Shown here piece after piece: positions 39,261 through 48,597 of a DNA stretch of 64,000 nt. Below the pieces are notes generated by a model, which saw only the letters and a program-made list of their open reading frames with translations, was not told the DNA's origin and searched no databases. The stretch covers positions 1 to 64,000 of the forward strand of contig CAJWLU010000011.1 of NCBI GenBank assembly GCA_913043225.1, in the 5' to 3' direction. Position 1 is the stretch's first letter. Every line of letters begins with the position of its first letter. The stretch comes from an uncultured Acidobacteriota bacterium (lineage in GTDB: Bacteria; Acidobacteriota; Vicinamibacteria; Vicinamibacterales; UBA8438). Both the position numbers and the translations under genes were made by a program.

Positions 39261-39970
39261 TCGGACGTCTGAGGCCTCTCCCCAGCGAGGGTCAGACGAT
39301 GGCCGAAGTGAGTACGAAGCCGCAACCACCCGAGGCCCGCACACTCAATGAGCGGTGTCAGTTCGTCAACGCGGAACGCCCGGCGCACCGATAGCGGTCC
39401 GTCATGTCGCAGCACCTCGTTGAACGGGCGGGTAAACAGCCAGCTCCAGATGAGGTGTCGGCGGCGACGGATAAGGTCGTTCACCACAATGCCACGCCGG
39501 GCTAGCCGATCGAAGACCTGGAGCGTCGACACCACCTGGTCATCGGTGAGGTGATGAAGAAAGAGCGAGCAGGTGACGTAGTCGAACGTGTGATCCAGGC
39601 AGGGCGCCGCGTGGAAGTCGGCGCGTACGAACCGCAGACACGGATCGACAGAATCCCGGCGCCGAGCACAGTCGAGGGCCGTCGGGCTGAGATCGAGACC
39701 GGTGACCCGCAGGTCGAACCCCTGTCGGCGGCCCCAGTCGATCAGCGCGCGCGCTAGATCGCCGCCCCCGCACGCAACTTCGAGCACCTCTATCCGCTGC
39801 CCCGGTCGCCAGGACTGGCTGAGCTCAGCGAATCGGGTGAGCGTAGCGTGCGTCCCGCCCAGCCACCGGCCGATAGCGCCCAGAAACCGGTAGACCTCGT
39901 CGACAACCGGTTGCGGATACTCCCGGTCGTCCATCAGCTCCCGGGCACGCGACCGAGTGGCCAGCGACAT
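39257..39970 (-). CDS. SAM-dependent methyltransferase
   Basis: E.MDD, VLEVACGGGD motif I, FD.V.CSLFLHH, VNDL.R, D..LSVRRAF. Confidence 0.9.
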   Translation of the reverse strand: MSLATRSRARELMDDREYPQPVVDEVYRFLGAIGRWLGGTHATLTRFAELSQSWRPGQRIEVLEVACGGGDLARALIDWGRRQGFDLRVTGLDLSPTALDCARRRDSVDPCLRFVRADFHAAPCLDHTFDYVTCSLFLHHLTDDQVVSTLQVFDRLARRGIVVNDLIRRRRHLIWSWLFTRPFNEVLRHDGPLSVRRAFRVDELTPLIECAGLGWLRLRTHFGHRLTLAGERPQTSD

Positions 39971-41001
39971 CACTTCGCTCGGAGAGGGTCGGCCCCCGGC
40001 TCGAGAGCAACTTCGAGCAGCAAGGGGACCACGCCAGAGAAATCTCGCAGAAACCAGGCGGCGCGTCGCTCGGTTCGCGACAGCCACAGCATGAGACGTC
40101 CAAGACGCCGGGCTCGGCGGCCGCGGGCGAGTCTCCGACTCTGATACTGTCCGAGGCGGCCCGTTAGGATGGCGTCGGCGGCGAGCTCGGTCGAGGAAAG
40201 CGCGAGGGCCATCCCATCACCCGTAATCGGGTCGGGACAGCCGGCCGCATCGCCGGCCAGTAGCAATTGACGCTCGTGGTCGACAATTCGTGGCACCCGT
40301 AGCCCGAGCGGCGCCGAGGCAAGCATGGGCGTCGTCTGCTCAAATCCCTCCACCCGATCGCGCAACCCGGGCAAGGTGCCGAGCAGGTGCCTGAGGCCAT
40401 CGCGCCGAAAGTGTCGGTAGTCGAAGAGTCCGGCAACCAACGTCTCACCATCGCCCGCCGGCGCCACATAGATCTCCCCGTGGTCGTGAAAGAAGACCTC
40501 GACGCGGTCTTTGACCCCAGCAATCCCGCGCACGTGAGTCGACAGCCCGACCCGGCGAGGTCGATCCGGAATGGCAGGAAGCAGACGATGAAACCGGGAC
40601 CGCGTCCCGTCGGCCCCCACGAGCACCCGACCGCGTTCGCCGCAAAACTCGGTGCCTACGCGAACGTCCACGCCGGCCGTCTCTCTTGCCTGGGTGAAGA
40701 GCCATGTATCCAGCCGGTCACGTCGCACGACCAGACCAGTCCCGGCCGGGAAGTCGACGTCCACCGTCTCCCCACCGGCCGAGAACCGCAGCCCGCGGAC
40801 CCGCGGCGCGTCGGGTACCCCAATCAGCCGTTCGAGGGCAGCGACTCCATGGGGCAACAGTCCCTCGCCACACGGCTTCAAACGCGGAAACGTCGCCTTT
40901 TCGTACAGCACGACACGCGCGCCCGCTCGGCCGAGCGCGATCGCCAACGAACTGCCGGCCGGACCGCCGCCCACGATAGTGACGTCAGGTTGTCTGGTCA
41001 C
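39970..41001 (-). CDS. FAD-dependent oxidoreductase/monooxygenase
   Basis: IVGGGPAG, FPR.KPCGE, GADG..S, GDAAG..DPITG.GM. Confidence 0.9.
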   Translation of the reverse strand: MTRQPDVTIVGGGPAGSSLAIALGRAGARVVLYEKATFPRLKPCGEGLLPHGVAALERLIGVPDAPRVRGLRFSAGGETVDVDFPAGTGLVVRRDRLDTWLFTQARETAGVDVRVGTEFCGERGRVLVGADGTRSRFHRLLPAIPDRPRRVGLSTHVRGIAGVKDRVEVFFHDHGEIYVAPAGDGETLVAGLFDYRHFRRDGLRHLLGTLPGLRDRVEGFEQTTPMLASAPLGLRVPRIVDHERQLLLAGDAAGCPDPITGDGMALALSSTELAADAILTGRLGQYQSRRLARGRRARRLGRLMLWLSRTERRAAWFLRDFSGVVPLLLEVALEPGADPLRAK

Positions 41002-42047
41002 CAGCGCAACGTCAACATCTCGGCAGCGAACCCGGGTCCGAGCGCAATCATGAATCCCAGCTCATCCGCGACCGGACGACCGGACCGCACCAGATCGTTG
41101 AGCATAAAGAGCACAGACGCGCTCGACTGGTTCCCGTATTCGCGCATAGCGGCCCGGGCGCCGTCGACGGCCTCATTGTCGAATCCCAGCGCCGATCGGT
41201 AGGTGGCCATCACCTTGGCTCCGCCCGGATGCAGCAGGTGGTGATGTAGGTCAGACAAGCCCAGCCCCTGCGCCTCAAGGAAGCGCTCGACGGCCGGCTT
41301 CACACCAGTCGCCACAAAGGCCGGCACGTCGCGCGACAAGATCAACCGCATCCCGTCACCCGTGAACCGCCATCCCATCAGATGTGGTACCTCTCCAAAC
41401 AGATAAGTCTGTGTGGCGATCACCTGCGGACCGTCCTGCGTAACCTCATCGCCAGTGAGCAGCACCGCGGCGGCGCCATCACCGAACAGCGCCACACCGA
41501 CCAGATCGATGACGCTCTCGGCCGAGGGAGAGAACACCAGACTGCAAAGCTCGACCGACAAGACGAGAGCGCGCCCCTGCGGCGTCGCCCGCAACGCGTC
41601 GGTCGCCCGGATCAGCGCGCCGGCCCCGCCGGCGCAACCGAGCCCGAACAGCGGGAGACGGCGCACGTCGGGACGCATACCGAGGAAGGGGACCAGCCGA
41701 GCGTCTACGCTTGGCGTCGTCAGGCCGGTAGTGGTGACGAAGAAAAAGTGATCCACCTCGTCGGGTGAAACGCCGGCCTCCTCTAGGCAGGCGCTGACCG
41801 CCTGACCGCCCAGCTCGACGGCGCACTCGGCATAGACCTGATTTCGCTCCTCAAACGACGGTCCCCTCGCATACCAGTCGAGCGGGCGAACGAAGTAACG
41901 GCTGTCGACGCCCGTTCGGTCGAAGACCGGCAGCAGGCGCTCAAGACTGCGATTGCCCCGGCAGACGCCGGCCATCGCTTCACGGATCTCGGTTTGAGCG
42001 AAACGTTGCGGAGGGAGGACGGTGGCGACGGACGCGATGTGAGGCAT
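40998..42047 (-). CDS. Type III polyketide synthase
   Basis: Catalytic triad GLGCAGG, HPGG, YGNQSSAS; VELCSL, LFGDGAAA, GPGF.AE. Confidence 0.95.
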   Translation of the reverse strand: MPHIASVATVLPPQRFAQTEIREAMAGVCRGNRSLERLLPVFDRTGVDSRYFVRPLDWYARGPSFEERNQVYAECAVELGGQAVSACLEEAGVSPDEVDHFFFVTTTGLTTPSVDARLVPFLGMRPDVRRLPLFGLGCAGGAGALIRATDALRATPQGRALVLSVELCSLVFSPSAESVIDLVGVALFGDGAAAVLLTGDEVTQDGPQVIATQTYLFGEVPHLMGWRFTGDGMRLILSRDVPAFVATGVKPAVERFLEAQGLGLSDLHHHLLHPGGAKVMATYRSALGFDNEAVDGARAAMREYGNQSSASVLFMLNDLVRSGRPVADELGFMIALGPGFAAEMLTLRW

Positions 42048-42262
42048 GTCCCAGAGCTCGGTGACTTCGCTGCCTGATGATACATGCCGGGGACGGAAAC
42101 GAAACGGTGACTGCGGGATGCCGAAGAGCTGGCAGGAACTCGGCGGGATTCTGTGGGATAATCCCTGATCAGTTAGGGCACGCTTGCGCCGATCCGCCCC
42201 GGCGGCTTCGGCTTCATCTGCAGCATCCGGCTTCGCCTTCGGGCAGAGCCAGGAGGAGCACA

Positions 42263-43573
42263 GTGAGAACTTTGCAGTCGATCGTCGCCATCGCGCTCTT
42301 CGCGCTCGTTGCGTTCCCCGCCGGCGCAGCCGCGCAGGTTCCGGAAAATCCGACCTTCGCCGACGATATCGCCCCAATCTTCTATGAGAGCTGTGTGAAC
42401 TGTCATCGACCGGGCGAAATCGCACCAATGTCGCTCATCAGCTACCAGGATGCACGCCCTTGGGCACGGTCGATCCGGAACAAAGTCGAGACCCGCGCGA
42501 TGCCCCCATGGCATCTGGACCAGGACATTGGCGTCCAAGATTTTCTGAACGACCCTTCGCTCAGTGACGACCAGATCGCCACGATCGTGAAGTGGGTCGA
42601 CACCGGCGCGCCGCAGGGCAATCCGGCCAACACGCCGAAGCCGCCGGAGTTCGCTCCAGCCGATGCCTGGCAGATTGGCGAGCCCGACCTGGTCGTGCAG
42701 TTCCCCACCCACACGGTGCCGGCCGCCGGCCCCGACCTATTTGGCGACCTGTTTACCGACTTCGGGCTGAGTCAGGACCGCTACATCACGGCCATCCAGA
42801 CCAAGCCGGTCGGCGACAAGGCGCGCCAAGTGGTGCACCACGCGCTCTCCTATGCCGTCGAGCAGGACGAGGATGGCGAGCGGATGGGCGGCGGCCAGTT
42901 CCTGGTCGAATACGCCTCAGGCAAGCAGGCCGAGATCTACCCGGAGGGCACCGGTCTTATGCTACCGGCCGACAGCGAGGCGCGGCTCAGCTATCACCTC
43001 CACTCGATAGGTGAGGACATCGACGCCGTGGTCGAACTCGGCATCAACTTCCTCCCCGAGGGCGAAGAGCCGGAGCACATCCGCTACTCGAAGCAGCTGG
43101 CTGGTTCGCACGGCCGGACCATCGGCGTGCTCGACATCCCTTCGGGCGAGGTGTCCAGATCTGATGGCTACGCTCGCTTCAACAAGGCGGCCAAGATCAC
43201 CATGTTCCAGCCGCACATGCACATGCTGGGTGTCTACCAGTGCATCGAGTTCATCTACCCAACACAGCCGGTGCGCGCCGAGACGGTGAACTGCGCGCGG
43301 TTCGACTACAACTGGCACATGAACTACAACTACTCTGAGGATTCGATGCCGCTCATCCCGGCCGGCACCATCCTCCACACCACTACGTGGTTCGACAACT
43401 CGTCGGGCAACCGTGGCAACGTCGACCCGAACAACTGGGTGGGCGCCGGTCAGCGCACGGTGGACGAGATGGGCTTCGCCTGGATAGGCTGGTATGACCT
43501 GACCGACGAAGAGTACGAGGCCGAGGTTGCGGCCCGGCAGGAGGCCCGGGAACGCACCGACGACGACAATTAG
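42263..43573 (+). CDS. Secreted cytochrome c / copper type II monooxygenase-like fusion
   Basis: AGGAGG RBS before GTG; signal peptide; CVNCH and MPPW; VVHH, YHLH, PHMH, DEMG copper-ligand pattern. Confidence 0.85.
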   Translation: MRTLQSIVAIALFALVAFPAGAAAQVPENPTFADDIAPIFYESCVNCHRPGEIAPMSLISYQDARPWARSIRNKVETRAMPPWHLDQDIGVQDFLNDPSLSDDQIATIVKWVDTGAPQGNPANTPKPPEFAPADAWQIGEPDLVVQFPTHTVPAAGPDLFGDLFTDFGLSQDRYITAIQTKPVGDKARQVVHHALSYAVEQDEDGERMGGGQFLVEYASGKQAEIYPEGTGLMLPADSEARLSYHLHSIGEDIDAVVELGINFLPEGEEPEHIRYSKQLAGSHGRTIGVLDIPSGEVSRSDGYARFNKAAKITMFQPHMHMLGVYQCIEFIYPTQPVRAETVNCARFDYNWHMNYNYSEDSMPLIPAGTILHTTTWFDNSSGNRGNVDPNNWVGAGQRTVDEMGFAWIGWYDLTDEEYEAEVAARQEARERTDDDN

Positions 43574-43599
43574 CGGCGTACTTTCGCCGCCACACCTCG

Positions 43600-43634
43600 G
43601 ACGCGGGATCCGGCCTGGGGTCGGATCCCGCGTC
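43600..43634 (+). other. Intergenic 16-bp stem-loop without U-tract
   Basis: GACGCGGGATCCGGCC / GGTCGGATCCCGCGTC with one G-U pair, between co-oriented genes. Confidence 0.65.
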
Positions 43635-43659
43635 GTACCAGCCTCCAGACAACCGACTC

Positions 43660-44529
43660 ATGGATCGATATTTCACGATCTCGGCGCTCGTGCTGACGGT
43701 GGCACTCTCGACGGCCACGCTCGCCACTGGGCAAGCCTCGTCGACCCACTTCCGGTTCAACTCCGGGCAGTCGATCCAGCCGTTCTTTGACGGCTGGACC
43801 CATAACGACGATGGGTCGTTCGAGTTTCACTTTGCCTACCTGAACCGGAACTACGTGGAGGAGCTTCACATTCCGGCCGGACCGAACAACTACGTCTCGC
43901 CAGGAAGGCTTGACCAGGGCCAACCGACCTACTTTTACCCACGCCAGCATTCAAAGATGTTCAGCGTGACGGTCCCCGCAGACTTCGGCGACGGCGAGGT
44001 GGTATGGGAAGTCACGGTGCATGGAGAGACCTACCGCGCGGTGGGCTGGCTCCTACCAGAATGGGAGATCGACCCGAACCCTGGCGACAACCGGACTCCG
44101 CCAGACGTACTTGCCGCGAACCAGGCTCCGAATCTCTCGGTCGCCTCAACGGCCAGCGGCTCGACGGACAACCAGGTAACCATCGAGGCTAGCGTCAGCG
44201 ATGACGGCATTCCTGAGCCTCGGCAATTCCGTGGCGGCAGCGGGAACGTCACTCCGACCTTCGCGCCCGTGGACGACAGTCCGACGCTTCCGAACAACGT
44301 GCCACAACTCCAGAACCAGAACCGCCATCGACCAACCAGAAGCCGGATCGACGGCGTAAACGTCACCTGGACGCAGCTACGTGGACCGGTCGGTGCGCGC
44401 CTCGAAAGCAGCGAGAATGTCGCCTCGGTCGTCGCGACCTTCGACACTCCAGGCGCCTATCTGTTTCGCGTACAGGCCTCGGACGGCCCTGCAACCGTGG
44501 TCGAAATGGTTGAGATTACGGTTCGCTAG
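43660..44529 (+). CDS. Secreted hypothetical protein with C-terminal PKD/Ig-like domain
   Basis: Signal peptide; GQ.IQP.F.GW..N.DGS, NRNY, GQPTYF.PR; NQAP...DDG.P...W.Q..GP...PG.Y.F.V.ASDG. Confidence 0.75.
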   Translation: MDRYFTISALVLTVALSTATLATGQASSTHFRFNSGQSIQPFFDGWTHNDDGSFEFHFAYLNRNYVEELHIPAGPNNYVSPGRLDQGQPTYFYPRQHSKMFSVTVPADFGDGEVVWEVTVHGETYRAVGWLLPEWEIDPNPGDNRTPPDVLAANQAPNLSVASTASGSTDNQVTIEASVSDDGIPEPRQFRGGSGNVTPTFAPVDDSPTLPNNVPQLQNQNRHRPTRSRIDGVNVTWTQLRGPVGARLESSENVASVVATFDTPGAYLFRVQASDGPATVVEMVEITVR

Positions 44530-44623
44530 CGCGCTGGTCGCTGACATGCCGGCGGTCCAGCGACCTTGAAGAGTTTGCCGACACGAGAGCCTATTCGCCC
44601 AACTCTGACCCAAAGCTCACTTA

Positions 44624-44668
44624 CAAGAAAAGGCCCGGCCGGTAACGACCCGGTCGGGCCTTTTCTTG
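44624..44668. terminator. Bidirectional intrinsic terminator
   Basis: CAAGAAAAGGCCCGGCCGG - loop - CCGGTCGGGCCTTTTCTTG between convergent genes. Confidence 0.9.
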
Positions 44669-44687
44669 CGTCTGCAGTGGCTCTACT

Positions 44688-45701
44688 TTACGACAGCAAA
44701 CGCTGGATATGCGGTCGTAGTTCTTCGTAGGGCATGTCGCCGGGGTTGTAGAGGCGCACGACACCTTCGAGGTCGATGACCACCAGCGTCGGGGTGGTGC
44801 TCACCCCGAAGTCCACGAAGTTCTGCTGGCTGACCGGGACGCTCATGAACGACGGAATCGGAAAACGTTCCTGGTAGGCCCCTCGGAGATACGCCAGTTC
44901 CTGCTCGGGCGTCGCATCCTGTCCGCGGGAGGTATAGCCGTAGAGCTGGGTCGGACCAAGGATGGCGATCCGGTCGCCATACTCTTCGTGCAACTGTTCG
45001 AGCACCGGAACCTGACGCTTGCAGTCGGGACACCAGTGGGCCCAGAAGAACGCCACCACCACCTTGCCTTCGAGGCTCTCCCCGGTGGGCAGCGGTTCGC
45101 CGACATACTCCTGCACGTCGAGCGTCGGGAACGGCTGCCCTTCTAGACTGAGCAGCATAACGTTCTTCTGGATCCGGGTCTCAACCGGCGTATCGCGGTA
45201 GGCCTCTCGTTGCGCGATCAGAAACGTCACCGCCTCGTCACGGTCGCCCCCCGAGTTCATTGCCTGCCCCAGCACTTCGATGCCAGCCCCCAGCGCGAGT
45301 TCGAGCGAGCGATTGTCTACAAGGTCGTGGGCATCGAGCACCGCCACGCTACCCTCGAACGCCTCGCGAGCGTACTGCGCAGCGACGACCCATCGGCCCT
45401 CGAAGCTTGCACCGCGCCCCAGCCAGGAGACGGCCAGCAGCCATTCGGGCGAAGCTGTGTCGTGCCGGGCCCGCTGCGACTCGATGAGCATCTGTGCCTG
45501 GTCGACCTCTCCGGCCCAGGCGAGGTCACTCATTTGCGCTACCAGCTCAACCGGCGCCAGTAGCACTCCGTCGGCCACGGGTGCAGCCACTTCGGCCACA
45601 GGGAGCACATCCGCTGTCTCCCGTCCCGGCTGGGCGCCGCAAGCCACCAAAAGCAGATACGGGACTATCAACAAACACTCGGCGGCGGGTTTGACTGTCA
45701 T
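44688..45701 (-). CDS. TlpA-family thiol-disulfide oxidoreductase lipoprotein
   Basis: Lipobox LVAC; GKVV...FWAHWCPDC; FGV..TPT.V.ID..G; AAGGAG RBS. Confidence 0.9.
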   Translation of the reverse strand: MTVKPAAECLLIVPYLLLVACGAQPGRETADVLPVAEVAAPVADGVLLAPVELVAQMSDLAWAGEVDQAQMLIESQRARHDTASPEWLLAVSWLGRGASFEGRWVVAAQYAREAFEGSVAVLDAHDLVDNRSLELALGAGIEVLGQAMNSGGDRDEAVTFLIAQREAYRDTPVETRIQKNVMLLSLEGQPFPTLDVQEYVGEPLPTGESLEGKVVVAFFWAHWCPDCKRQVPVLEQLHEEYGDRIAILGPTQLYGYTSRGQDATPEQELAYLRGAYQERFPIPSFMSVPVSQQNFVDFGVSTTPTLVVIDLEGVVRLYNPGDMPYEELRPHIQRLLS

Positions 45702-45832
45702 GACTCTCCTTCCGAGCTAGAACTGTCTCTCGACGATTCTACCCCGCTCTCCAGAACGCCCGCGGAACGCGCCGACCTTCCGAGCCAGACGCTCAACACG
45801 TTCAGCATCCCACACCGACCTATAATCCCCAG

Positions 45833-46327
45833 ATGATCGGCCAGCCGGCTCGAGTCTCGCTCGTGCTCTTCGGGCTCGCCCTGGCGGTCGCCTGTGCACC
45901 GGCGCCGGCGGTTGAGCCAGAGCCCGCTGCGAACTCGGAACCAGTGGCGGCGGCGGCGCCATCCACGGCCTTCATCAATCTGCTGCCATGGGGAAAGGTC
46001 GATTTCTCACGAGGCGAGTTCCCGTCGCTTGGAACCTGCAACGGCTGGGTCCGGGCACTGCCGACCTATTCCTTCTACACCACGCCGGAGCGCTGTGAAC
46101 CGCTCGAGGACCCACTCTACTGCACGCGCTGGCAAGATCCAGACGGACCAGCCGAGATCGACTGCTTCAAGGGACGGGGCGGCTGCGAAGTCGAGTTGCC
46201 GCGACACGAGATGCGGGCCGAGAACAGCGGGCGTGTCATCGCGGGTCGGTGTGAACCGACGCCGCTGGCGCAAGCCTGGAGCGAATATCAGGCCTTCCAC
46301 CCCAAACTCGAACCGGCTGGGCCCTAA
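45833..46327 (+). CDS. Hypothetical Cys-rich lipoprotein
   Basis: Lipobox AVAC, Pro/Ala linker, six further Cys; TATAAT 6 nt before ATG. Confidence 0.7.
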   Translation: MIGQPARVSLVLFGLALAVACAPAPAVEPEPAANSEPVAAAAPSTAFINLLPWGKVDFSRGEFPSLGTCNGWVRALPTYSFYTTPERCEPLEDPLYCTRWQDPDGPAEIDCFKGRGGCEVELPRHEMRAENSGRVIAGRCEPTPLAQAWSEYQAFHPKLEPAGP

Positions 46328-46781
46328 ACCCTCGCCCAGTTCACCGGAGCGAGTTATACAGCCCAGCCGTTCTTGAAGCCGCCCGCCCCGGCTCAAACCG
46401 TGTCATAGGGATAGCCGATGAAATCGTCCGCACCCTCCGATCGCAGAAGCAGGCACGTCCGACCAAAGCTCAGCGTGTAATGGCCCTCCAGCTAGAGTTC
46501 TCCCCGCACCGGCTGGCGGGTAGCCACCAGCCACTCGATGCCCACATCGATGAAGAAGGGATAGCGTAAATCGCTCTCCAGGTGCGCCGCTGCGCCTGGC
46601 GCAGGCCTGGTCGCCTGGGTCAGTCTGATTCCGGAGCGTGCGTATTCAGCCCGGAGATCGTCTGGTCGCCCAGACGCGCCACGAGCTTAAAGCGAACATT
46701 GTTTTTAGTGCCGACCCCTCGCACTTCTACCGGAGGGTCGTACACATTCCAGCAGAACCGCAACAGGATGATGACACTGAG

Positions 46782-47762
46782 TCAGAAATCGCAGCGGACA
46801 CGATGCAGGCCGCCGCGACGGCGACCGGGCGACTCGCTGGTTAAGACGAGCCACCCGTCGTCTTCTGCCCCGATCGCCTCGCCTTGCGGATCCAGCTGAC
46901 CGAGAAAACAGGGTTCCGCGAGCGGTTGCGCATCAGGCTCAAGTGGCCAGGTAAAAACGAATAGCTCGCGATAGGTGCGTATCACGAGCCGGTCGCCCGG
47001 CAGGGTAAAGGTGGCTCCAGTGGCGTAGCGCCTGATCTCTCGGTCTGGCACGATCGGCAGTGGGCGGCCGGCAGCCGGCGTGAGCGTGGCGCCAGACTCA
47101 AGCGCCGCCCGAACCTGGTCGGCAGGAAGCGTGAAGACCAGGGTGGACCTTACCTGCTCCTTGGTCACGATCACTAGATCGCCGGCCGGAGTAACCGCAA
47201 TCCCCTCGGCATCATGCGGGCCATCCGGATATGTAATAGTCAGGGAAGCGACAGCCGCAACGACGATATCGCCGTCGGCCGGGTCCGGCTCTTCGATGAC
47301 ATGGATCTCGACCTGCTCGCGACGTGCCCGGTTATCTCCGATGTCGGCGGCGTAGAGGCAAGACCGCTCGGACTCGTGCGGACAGCGGCCGAGAGTCATC
47401 GCCTCCCAATCCCTTGCTTCCACCCCGTCGACCGCCACGGTCGCCACCAGCATCGCTCGCTCGTCCAGCGCGTAGACCCGAGCCTCGTCGCCCGAGTCGT
47501 TGTGCGTCCAGAACACACCGGGATGCTCCTGGCTCACTCCGAGCCCGGAGGATTCGTTTAGCTCAGCCGGTATGAGCCCCAGCTGGACGATCTCGATCGG
47601 GGCAAACGGCTGCCGACGTGCAACCTCCAACAGCTGCGCCCGGTCGACCTGCTCGCGCGTGACACTAACGTAGGACAAACCGGCCAGACCACCGAGCGCG
47701 AGTCCGAGTAACACCACAGTACGCCCGCCGGGGAACCACCTGGAAACTCGTTTTGTCGCCAT
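46782..47762 (-). CDS. Membrane-anchored beta-propeller hypothetical protein (phytase-like/SdiA-regulated type)
   Basis: ESSGL, WTHNDSGD, DWE, ADIGDN, YPDGPHDAE, QGEAI, L.SE motifs; N-terminal TM. Confidence 0.75.
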   Translation of the reverse strand: MATKRVSRWFPGGRTVVLLGLALGGLAGLSYVSVTREQVDRAQLLEVARRQPFAPIEIVQLGLIPAELNESSGLGVSQEHPGVFWTHNDSGDEARVYALDERAMLVATVAVDGVEARDWEAMTLGRCPHESERSCLYAADIGDNRARREQVEIHVIEEPDPADGDIVVAAVASLTITYPDGPHDAEGIAVTPAGDLVIVTKEQVRSTLVFTLPADQVRAALESGATLTPAAGRPLPIVPDREIRRYATGATFTLPGDRLVIRTYRELFVFTWPLEPDAQPLAEPCFLGQLDPQGEAIGAEDDGWLVLTSESPGRRRGGLHRVRCDF

Positions 47763-48016
47763 CACTGACCTTACACAGGGTAACCCCGGGAGGGCACGGC
47801 CGCCCCGCTGGCATGGCCCGACCCGTCCTACGCTCTCACCGATCAGATCATCAAGTGATTGGATACCGAGTAGACCGCGCCTCGCCAGACTCTCCCACGG
47901 CTATTTCAGGCGCGAGTGACGTTTATCCGTATGGCGTTCACCGTGTATCCCCGATCAGGCGCTGGTGGTACGATGGACTTGGGACACAGGTGTCGCCAGG
48001 TAGTTGGAGCTGATTC

Positions 48017-48574
48017 ATGGATCGACAGATTCGACGACTAGGGCTCGGGTTGTGCGCCATACTCGCGTTCGTCCACCACGCCAACGCGCAAGTGATCCCC
48101 TTGAGTTTTTCCGAGCTCGTCGACGGGGCCGATTCGATCGTGGTCGCCGAGGCGATCGACTCCCGGTCTGAATGGGTCAACGGCGCCTCATCGCGCCACA
48201 TCGTGACCCGCATGACCTTCCGAGTCGAGGACACCGTGAAGGGGTTGAACCGGGTGCTGCTACCGCTCGAGTTCCTCGGCGGCCAGGTGGGCAACATGCG
48301 CCAGGAGGTGTCTGGAGTTCCCCAGATCAACATCGGCGACCGCGCGGTGCTCTTCATCTCGGCCGACCGCGCCGCCAGCCCGATCGTCGGGCTCATGCAG
48401 GGACACTTTCCGATCAATCGGGCTCCTGACGGTACCGACTTCGTCGCCCTGCACAATCGACGTGCTTTCTCGGCGGTCGCCCAAATCGGAAATCCCGTCC
48501 TAGTCAGCCCGGTCGCGCTGCCCACGATGACACTCAACGCCTTCCGCAATGAAATCGGCCAACTGGTGCGCTGA
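48017..48574 (+). CDS. Secreted hypothetical protein, partner of the matrixin
   Basis: GGAG RBS; signal peptide; ELV..AD.IV..., I.T...F.V....KG, GG.VG.....V.G.P....G...VLF, QG.F. Confidence 0.75.
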   Translation: MDRQIRRLGLGLCAILAFVHHANAQVIPLSFSELVDGADSIVVAEAIDSRSEWVNGASSRHIVTRMTFRVEDTVKGLNRVLLPLEFLGGQVGNMRQEVSGVPQINIGDRAVLFISADRAASPIVGLMQGHFPINRAPDGTDFVALHNRRAFSAVAQIGNPVLVSPVALPTMTLNAFRNEIGQLVR

Positions 48575-48597
48575 GGCGTGTCGAAGTAAAGCTACAC

